In this document: positions 55,908 to 64,000 of the stretch, one piece after another
Numbering within the stretch: position 1 is the first letter of the stretch
How the letters are laid out: each line of letters begins with the position of its first letter
Assembly (NCBI GenBank): GCA_964016885.1
Contig: OZ024744.1
Location: 104,532,001-104,596,000 of the forward strand
DNA from: Eledone cirrhosa
Lineage: Eukaryota
Direction of reading: 5' to 3'
DNA length: 64,000 bases
Translations under genes and position numbers: made by a program
Notes under the pieces: generated by a model
Databases searched by the model: none
The model's input: only the letters and a program-made list of their open reading frames with translations
What the model was told of the DNA's origin: nothing

Positions 55908-56069
55908 GTCTTGTAGCAAGATGGTGTCAACCAACATATAGTGGGGACTATGTATTATAAACATTTACTCGTCACCATCATCTTTGTTTAACGTCCATCT
56001 TCCACACTAACATCGGTTTTACTATTAATTCCTTTCAAATCATAGTTTATCAAACAACTTTCTATTTAC

Positions 56070-56093
56070 CTGTTGTAGCTCTGAATAATTCAT
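56070..56093 (-). CDS. RWDD4: RWDD4 first coding exon (MNYSELQQ); exon spans 56070-56125 including 5' UTR
   Basis: ATG at 56093-91, CAG|GTAAAT donor, ttttctag acceptor at 56126-27; spliced CDS is 579 nt = 192 aa + stop. Confidence 0.85.
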
Positions 56094-56664
56094 ATTTAAT
56101 CATTATTACACATTCATTGACGAAACTAGAAAATAAAAAAAAACAGCAGATATAAATAAAAGTAAATATTACATGTCAAAATGTTCTTCCTCTTATAAAG
56201 AGATGGTTTGTGTGTATACAAATATATATATATATACACATACACACACACTAGTCTACACCAATCCTCTTTCCACCCCTCCCCAGTCATAATACCTGCT
56301 AAATATCCCACTCACCTTGTCGATGTAGATCTTGCTTACCTGCTGCCCCCTCTTCCAAACCCTCACCTTTGATACACCTTGTCTGCCCAACCCATGCATA
56401 CAAGCATGAAAGCTGTATATGCTGAACATTATTTCCCACAATGCCATTTCCACAACAAAAAGCACAAAATCCACCCTGCGTACTGATCCAGTTTTACAAC
56501 AAAAAGCATGCAATCCATCCTGTAAAGTGGTTGTGTTCGTGATATGAAAAAAAAAAGCACCCTGTCCACACTTGTGACTTGTCTAATATGACAACCTATT
56601 TAACCTATGCAAGTGTGGAAAATGGACATTAAATGATGATGATGATATATATATATATATATAT

Positions 56665-57780
56665 TATTGATTTTACGTCCGTTTTTCCATGCTTATATTG
56701 GTTGAATGGGTCCTTTTCAGCACATCTCTCCACACGTCACAATCCTTGGTCATCTCCTCTGAGTTTCAGTGTTTTGCGATCAGACCAGGTCTTTCCTGGC
56801 CTTCCTCTACTGCAGTTTCCTTCCACTGGCATTAACTGACACTTCTTCACCCACCGATCATCATCCATGTAGATCACATGTCCATACCAACACAGTCGTC
56901 TCTCTGGCACACCACCTCGGCTACCTCTTAAATCCAGTTTTTCTCTATCTCACATTTATATTTCATATCCATCGAAGCATGGTTCCTTCATTTCTCTCCA
57001 ATCTATGCATGTCCTCTGCAGTCACTGCCCTGTCTCACTACCATGTAGCATCATATTTCACACACAGGCATCATACAGCTGACCTTTCATTCGTAGGGAG
57101 AAACCTTTTGTTGTTAGCAGAGGTAGTAGTTCCCTAAACTTCTTCCATCCTATCCTTATTCCTCTTAAATCCAGCTTTTCTTTCAGTATAATTTTGTCTC
57201 TCTCACATATATTAACATTGCATACTCATTAAAGCATGCTAACTTTATTTCTCTTCAGCTTTTGTGAATCCTCTGTATTCACTGCCCATCTCTCACTACC
57301 AAGCAATACTGCATTTTGTATACAACTGACCTTTCATTTGTAGAAAGAAACCTTTTGTTGCTATTAGAGGTAGTAGCTCCCTCAACCTTTTCCAACCTGT
57401 TTTTATGTTAGCTATTATGCTCTCAGAGAAACCTTCTCCACTGCTAATTATATCACATCGGTAACAGAAGCTATCGACCATTTCTATGAAATCTACCTGA
57501 GACTGGAAAAAGTTTATTTCACTGATATTCTTACTATCCCTGTCTATCTACTACATACAAAGTCTACCTTTTCTGTTAGTCTGCCTATTATCTCACTATA
57601 CCTCTAGTGTATCCAAGATTTACATTGCATACATTATATAAAGTTTCTGCCTTACATTACATATCGAGCAGAGCCACTTCCCTAACAGAGTCGGGGTCTC
57701 GTCTCCTTTCCAACTCACTAACTAAGACTTCAGTTTTTCCCAACTTTATTCTAACCTCATTGATTCAAGCTCAGTGTAGT
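56665..57780 (-). mobile_element. Two nested or adjacent decayed RTE C-terminal fragments
   Basis: VDSFCY...GWKRLRELLPL (57296-57481) and a second GWKKFRELLPL near 57120-57150. Confidence 0.8.
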
Positions 57781-58520
57781 TCCATGATCATCAAAAAAAG
57801 TCAAATCAATTAATCAGAGATGTAATCTGTAGAGAATTAGGAATCAAACAATCTGGTGTTTCACACAAATGCAGATGTACAGAGCAGAGATAATAAAGGG
57901 TTGCTCTCCAAGATGGAAAACTTAAGACATTTTATACATCATGTGTTGCAACAGGGTTGAGAGGAAAGACTACAAATGGTGAAAAGTTTTGCTCAAGCTT
58001 CATTCGCCATGCTTTCCAGCATAGTTACGTCCCTTTAGGGTCTGAGTTAAAATCACGCCGAGATTAACTTTGCCTTTCATCCTTACGGCGTCGATAAAAT
58101 AAAGTACCAGTAATGCACTGGGTGATTGCTGGCCTTGTACCAAAAGTAGAAACAATTATTATTATATAAATGTATCTATATATTATAATTAGATATCATG
58201 TTGTGATTTAAGGATGTGTTTATACTGAGATATTTTGTATATTTTATAAAGTCTGTAACGACACAGGATTTGGGAGGAATTAATGTTTAATACCAAATTC
58301 CTCTAATCAATACTCAGATTGTAATATATAAACACATCTATATATTATAATAAGTGGAGCTTGAGCGAGGTTTTTCACCATTTGTATTTTTTCTTATACC
58401 TGTAACGTGTAAGAAAAATAAAATTTCTTACTTTTCAATCTTGGATATCGATCTATTATACACACGCAAGCATATAATAATATCTGAGCCAATAATGATA
58501 TATATATATGTATATATTCA

Positions 58521-58666
58521 TTTTATTAAGTCTAAATAGTAAGTCTTGTTACTCTGGAGTTTCGTCTGTTTAACACAGGGTCATTAGGTAAGAACTCTGG
58601 CCTGGTGACCATGTGATAAACAGGCCAAACTCCAGTAACAAAACTTACCATTTAGCCTTAATATAA
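58521..58666. repeat. Imperfect ~65-bp-arm hairpin with hammerhead-core-like motifs
   Basis: attaagtctaaatagtaagtcttgttactctggagtttcgtctgtttaacacagggtcattagg mirrored by cctggtgaccatgtgataaacaggccaaactccagtaacaaaacttaccatttagccttaat. Confidence 0.75.
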
Positions 58667-59610
58667 TTAAAATTAAAACTCTTTTTCCGTATTGAGTGCT
58701 CTTTTCTTTTAACCGGCAACCACACATATGTCTGTATACATATATGATGGTGATATATATATAACTGTTAAATACCGTATCCTAAATGCAAACAACGCTG
58801 TCCACGAATTCAAATACCGTCCAAATATCTACACACAACCCAACCTATTTTACCAGCCACGTTACTATACTGGACATAAAGTAAAATAACTAATAATGTG
58901 ATCAGAAACATACACCTAAAACTTACTTCTATCCATAACAATAACCAAACCCAATCTAATTACTGGTACGGAGGCGATGGCTATTAATCAGAGATGTTGA
59001 AGTGAATGCAGCGAACATGTCGACATATTTTCGTGTTTTCTGTTTTATATTTCCCAATTTATAGTCAAAGATTCCTGGATATGTATACTTTTGACGCAAC
59101 AACAAAAAAACTCATTTATTTCATAGAATTAGATAATTTTAGTATTCATGTATGCAAGAAATTAACCGGAATATTTTGTATGGAAACGATAACGAACTAG
59201 AGAGAATAAAAAAACTGCCATAAATTTATCAAATGAATAAATCTATTTCAAACAAAAACTAATAATTACACCGGCTATATTATGAACGGGTTCCTTTTAA
59301 CAGATAATTAATAACATCTAGGGATAAAGCGGTGGTATGATCAATTATATTGCTACCAACACTTAACTGGTACTTTATTTTAATCTAGCCGGCAAGGCAA
59401 AGTTGAACTGGGTGGGATTTGAACTCAGAACCACAATACATACGAAAGTATTCCCCCCATATAAAACTTAAAAGAAAATAATATTAACGAATGAATTTGT
59501 TTTCAATATTAATTCCGAAACAAAAAATACTTGTAAAATGCATTAGTGGTGGTATGTTGTTAGTGTAAGTATGATTAGTAATGTATAATTAGTTATAATA
59601 TTAAACTTAC

Positions 59611-59660
59611 CTGAGTAGTAAAGTTATCTTGCGTGTGAGATATACGCCATGTTGGTTTAC
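59611..59660 (-). other. RWDD4: Probable non-coding exon 1 of RWDD4 (5' boundary uncertain)
   Basis: Perfect CAG|GTAAGT donor at 59611/59610; exon 2 has a good acceptor that needs an upstream exon. Confidence 0.6.
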
Positions 59661-59770
59661 TGGTTAACAACAACAGTTGTTAGTTGGGAGTTGTTAACAA
59701 CCGGAAACAATAACGAGGAAATATTTTTCATCACCGACAAATTTCATTGTCAGACAGAAATTGGCGACGA
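59640..59770 (-). promoter_or_regulatory. Candidate RWDD4 promoter/TSS
   Basis: YY1-like AACATGGCG (minus, 59645-53), ETS-like CCGGAA (59701-06), ttggcg (59761). Confidence 0.45.
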
Positions 59771-59919
59771 TTTCTTCAATAAAAGCAACTAAAATTAAAT
59801 TTGCTGCAATAAATTCTATATTAATCTACTTTGATACAGTTCAAATATTTTTAGCAACTTTTATTTTTTAAATTCTGATATTAAACGGAATAAGTAATAT
59901 GTAAATATGTGATATGATT

Positions 59920-60723
59920 ACCAGCAGCGCCTTGCTTGTTTTCGTGCGGCCTCCAAACCCCCCCACAGTGGTGCCTGGCTCCATGCCCTGCCCTCCTTCT
60001 CCACTGGCACGCAGCTAGACAACCATAGCCTGTGAATCGGCGTTTCCCTGAGGCTCGGCCTCCGGATCTGCCAGCCACACCAATGTCGCTGCGGTTCCAC
60101 CGTGGACTCTTTCGGCCTCCACCCGCTTTCCTGTCGCCACAGTGCCGGCCGCATTCCACGCCATGCTGCCCTCAACGAGGTCATTAAGCATGGCTTGGAC
60201 GTTTCAGGCTTCCCTTCCCAGCTCGAGCCGGTGGGGCTGGATCGAGAGGACGGCAAAAGGCCAGATGGCATGACCATCTTCCCGTTCCGCGGTGGGACAC
60301 CCCTCGTCTGGGATGCCACTTGCACCGACACTGTCTGCAGCCGGAACCTGGTGCAGTCCACGACTGACCCAGGTTCTGCTACACGTCGGGCTGAGGGGGC
60401 CAAACTCCTCAAATACCGGTCGCTCTCCGACGGGTTTGCGGTCGTTCCCCTGGCAGTGGAGACTTCTGGTGTCCTCGGCCCCAGGGCTACCTCCTTACTC
60501 ACCACCATAGGCGCTGAGCTGTCCAGCCGCAGGTGTGAGCCCCGCGAGTTGAAGTTGCTTTTCCAGTGCGTCTCCCTTGCCATCCTCCGGGGAAACGCCT
60601 TCTCCATTCTGTCCGCCGGGGCTGTGGGTGGGCCCCATCGCTTACCAATACATTAGTTAAATACCATTCTTTCATCTGATACAACACAATAAAGACTAAA
60701 GTGTTTAAAAAAAAAAAAAAAAA
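59920..60723 (+). mobile_element. 5'-truncated CRE-clade non-LTR retrotransposon (zinc knuckle + restriction-like endonuclease, poly-A tail)
   Basis: HSGAWLHALP...CRC...HPLSC...RHAALN...LEPVGL..DGKRPDG...WDAT...PLAVETSG...FQCVSLAILRGNA; poly-A at 60708-60723. Confidence 0.85.
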
Positions 60724-60974
60724 TTGATGTTGAAGTAAAAAAAAAAAAAAAATTGATGTTGAAGTAAAAATAAAAAATAAAAATTAACTAAGTAGGTAAC
60801 TTTTAGTACGATGTATACAATACAATGTAGCCGTGTGGCATAGTGGTTAGACTGTTGAACTCACCATCACATCATAATGTCGTGGGTTCAATTCCAGGAA
60901 GTGCATTGCGTTCTTGAGCAAAACACTTTATTTTACGTAGCAACCAAGCTGATATATTGTGAAATATGATCTTT

Positions 60975-61185
60975 ACAGGTCTCCACGGATTGTCTTGCTG
61001 CCTGAAGGCAGATCACTTCGTTTGTCATATTGAGCTAAACCTAATTATCAAGTGAACCCTGGCTTGAGCCATATCACTTCATTTCTGGAACCAGCTGGAT
61101 TGTCCAGGGTTGATGGGAAGAGGCCAGAGGATCTTACCCTTTGTTTCTAGGTAAGAGGTAGATGTCTCAAATGGGATACCACATT
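60975..61185 (+). mobile_element. Old, diverged CRE-clade fragment
   Basis: LHGLSCC...HIELNLIIK...LEPAGLSRVDGKRPEDLTL...RGRCLKWDTT with stops. Confidence 0.7.
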
Positions 61186-61679
61186 GACTCTTGTTCCTTC
61201 TGTAAGTGCGTTGGCTTGCCTCAAAAAGTATTAAAGGGAGGCTCCTTCACCCATTGTTATAGCATAAGTGTGTAGGTCTTCTCCCTAACCTATTTTCTTC
61301 TCTATTGTGGACTACTACACCAAATTTTCAAGAGGTAATACAATTGAGATACTAAACCATCTTTGGAGCAGATAAGAACAACAGTTGTTTGGTGAGGACC
61401 AAATACCTGTTTAACCAAAGTGTACATTTTTTTGGAGGAGTGAGGGAGAAGCCTTTTTATCAAAGGGAAGATATTTGTCTACCACATGTTTCTTGATCTT
61501 CAGGTTTCTCTGCACTATGAACTTATGATGATTCAGCAGTTTGTTAGTCTTCAGATGTTATTTTCCTGATAAATTAAGATCAAGCAATCTTTAGTGTAAC
61601 TTATGTTCAATATCAAGGAGCTGAGATATTTCCAGATTCTTTTCATAAAAACAATCATTGTGTAAGAGGTATAAACTTT

Positions 61680-62826
61680 CTTCTTTGCTCACTTATTCCT
61701 GAAAGGGTCATGGAGCCGGAGTCCTCAAACACTCCTTCCAGCAGGTCCTGTCAAAAGCAACCATCTCCAACTGATCCAGCTGGATCCCCAAGAGAAACCA
61801 GCCAAGCTCATGGATGTTATCCAGCCATCTCACTCGGGGTCTACCCCTGGGTTTTCTGCCAGTTTTTTTTTTGCCCATAAAATCTATGCAGTGATTCTTT
61901 CCTGAGACATTCTAACCACATGCCTGTAGTATCGGAGCTGTGATCTCTCAATTCAGAGAAGTAGTGGCTCTACATGGAGTGACTCTCTGATCACCGAGCT
62001 ACAAATCTATGCAGTGATTCTTTCCTGAGACATTCTAACCACACGCCTGTAGTATCGGAGCTGTGATCTCTCAATTCAGAGAAGTAGTGGCTCTACATGG
62101 AGTGACTCTCTGATCACCGAGCTACAAATCTATGCAGTGATTCTTTCCTGAGACATTCTAACCACATGCCTGTAGTATCGGAGCTGTGATCTCTCAATTC
62201 AGAGAAGTAGTGGCTCTACATGGAGTGACTCTCTGATCACCGAGCTACAAATCTATGCAGTGATTCTTTCCTGAGACATTCTAACCACATGCCTGTAGTA
62301 TCGGAGCTGTGATCTCTCAATTCAGAGAAGTAGTGGCTCTACATGGAGTGACTCTCTGATCACCGAGCTACAAATCTATGCAGTGATTCTTTCCTGAGAC
62401 ATTCTAACCACATGCCTGTAGTATCGGAGCTGTGATCTCTCAATTCAGAGAAGTAGTGGCTCTACATGGAGTGACTCTCTGATCACCGAGCTACAAATCT
62501 ATGCAGTGATTCTTTCCTGAGACATTCTAACCACATGCCTGTAGTATCGGAGCTGTGATCTCTCAATTCAGAGAAGTAGTGGCTCTACATGGAGTGACTC
62601 TCTGATCACCGAGCTACAAATCTATGCAGTGATTCTTTCCTGAGACATTCTAACCACATGCCTGTAGTATCGGAGCTGTGATCTCTCAATTCAGAGAAGT
62701 AGTGGCTCTACATGGAGTGACTCTCTGATCACCGAGCTACAAATCTATGCAGTGATTTTTTTCCTGGGACATTCTAACCACATGCCCATAGTATCAGAGC
62801 TGTGATCTCTCAATTCAGAAAAGTAG
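61680..62826 (-). mobile_element. 3' end of a Rex3/Expander-type RTE
   Basis: Reverse complement resembles 27530-27785. Confidence 0.85.
61880..62826. repeat. 123-bp tandem repeat (7 full + 1 partial) amplified from RTE coding sequence
   Basis: Units start at 61880, 62003 ... 62741; minus strand reads SSVIRESLHVEPLLL*IERSQLRYYRHVVRMSQER. Confidence 0.95.
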
Positions 62827-63054
62827 CCAGCTGTTAAATGCTGCAGGTGAAAGAGACTTGGTATAAACCTTTTTCTTGAAATCTACTTATGTAGCATCAG
62901 GTGGTAGATTTGCAAGAGCTTGACAAAATGATGCACCTATTGCAGGGACATGGAATTGGGCAACATTGAAATATTTTGGAGTCTTCAAGTTATTTGTTGT
63001 GAATTTCTTTCTAACAACCAGCTTCAGCTTTACTTATACAAGGTAGTGATCTGT

Positions 63055-63500
63055 CCAACATGTAGTTCCATGTAGCACTACAACTAACTGTAACTTCATA
63101 TAACACCCCAACAACCAACGTGTAGCCCCATGTAACATTACAACAACCAACATGTAGTCCCATGTAAACCTTAGCACTACAACAACCAACATGTAGCTCC
63201 ATGTAACACTACAACAACCATGTAGCTCCATGTAACACTACAACAGCCAACATGTAGTCTCATGTAAACCTTAGCACTACAACAACCAACATGTAGCTCC
63301 ATGTAACACTACAACAACCATGTAGCTCCATGTAACACTACAACAGCCAACATGTAGTCTCATGTAACACCTTAGCACTACACCAACCAACATGTAGCTC
63401 CATGTAACACTACAACAACCATGTAACACTACAACAGCCAACATGTAGTCTCATGTAACACCTTAGCACTACACCAACCAACATGTAGCTCCATGTAACA
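63055..63500. repeat. Variable ~28-40-bp minisatellite with a 100-bp higher-order period
   Basis: catgtagtc at 63151, 63251 and 63351; subunit catgtagctccatgtaacactacaacaac. Confidence 0.85.
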
Positions 63501-63744
63501 TGTCCCAGTTTTGTTCTTGTGATTAAGTTTTTGACATAACATAGTGTTCCCTATCAGAGCACAGCTGCATAGATGAAGACCAGCCAAGTTACCTGATCTG
63601 ACTTGTCTAACCCATGCTAGCATGGAAAATTGGACATTAAATGGTGATGGTGAAGATGATGATGATATATACATGATGGCTGCCCTCTCATTATCGAGTA
63701 TGGCCATTACACAATATAACATTATTAATAATTATCAATTAATG

Positions 63745-63975
63745 TTATCGTGCAATGCCTGTGCGTGAACATTTTTGTTAAAGTGAGGAAAGACTGTGCA
63801 CTGAGCCAATCCCACTCTCTGAGCGACAGTAGCTATAACCCCAAAAGAAGAAAAGATCAACATCATCGGTAACTACTGAGCCACAGGTTTTATGTCAGAG
63901 TTATCCCAGTTTCCTGAGTTGCCTTCTCCTAGAAGAATGCCCTGACAAAGGCTAGGAGTCCTTCACTCCCAGTAA
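63745..63975 (-). mobile_element. Short repeat resembling an RTE 5' UTR derivative
   Basis: Minus strand ggcattcttctaggagaaggcaactc resembles aggcaactcctctaggagag at ~2312-2331; a second partial copy lies at ~30180-30285. Confidence 0.5.
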
Positions 63976-64000
63976 ATATATACATATATATATATATATA

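Noticed and set aside
59918-60607. 229-aa minus-strand ORF
   Set aside because: Antisense shadow of the GC-rich CRE endonuclease frame.

Overview
Eukaryotic (animal) genomic DNA, AT-rich and dominated by repeats. The repeat types (tRNA/CORE-type SINEs, RTE LINEs with (GAT)n tails, TTAA MITEs, (TA)n/(CA)n fields) look like an octopod cephalopod; this is inference. The one convincing host gene is RWDD4 on the minus strand: a probable non-coding exon 1 at ~59611-59660 and six coding exons from 56093 to 37490 (192 aa, all GT-AG junctions in frame). The rest is decayed or truncated non-LTR retrotransposons (two RTE types, an R4/Dong element, CRE-clade fragments), SINEs, DNA-transposon derivatives (Hsmar2-like mariner, hAT, piggyBac-like, Tigger-like), a candidate solo LTR, and about ten minisatellite arrays, three of them amplified from LINE coding sequence. 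Most notable are a complete minimal hammerhead ribozyme motif (68-136) plus two palindromic elements with degenerate hammerhead cores; an RTE insertion flanked on both sides by inverted duplications of host DNA (631-1659); a GC-rich CRE-clade retroelement next to the RWDD4 promoter; and a 16-nt core shared by the two largest arrays. There is no CRISPR array and no prokaryotic system. All alignments were done by eye, so repeat boundaries are approximate.
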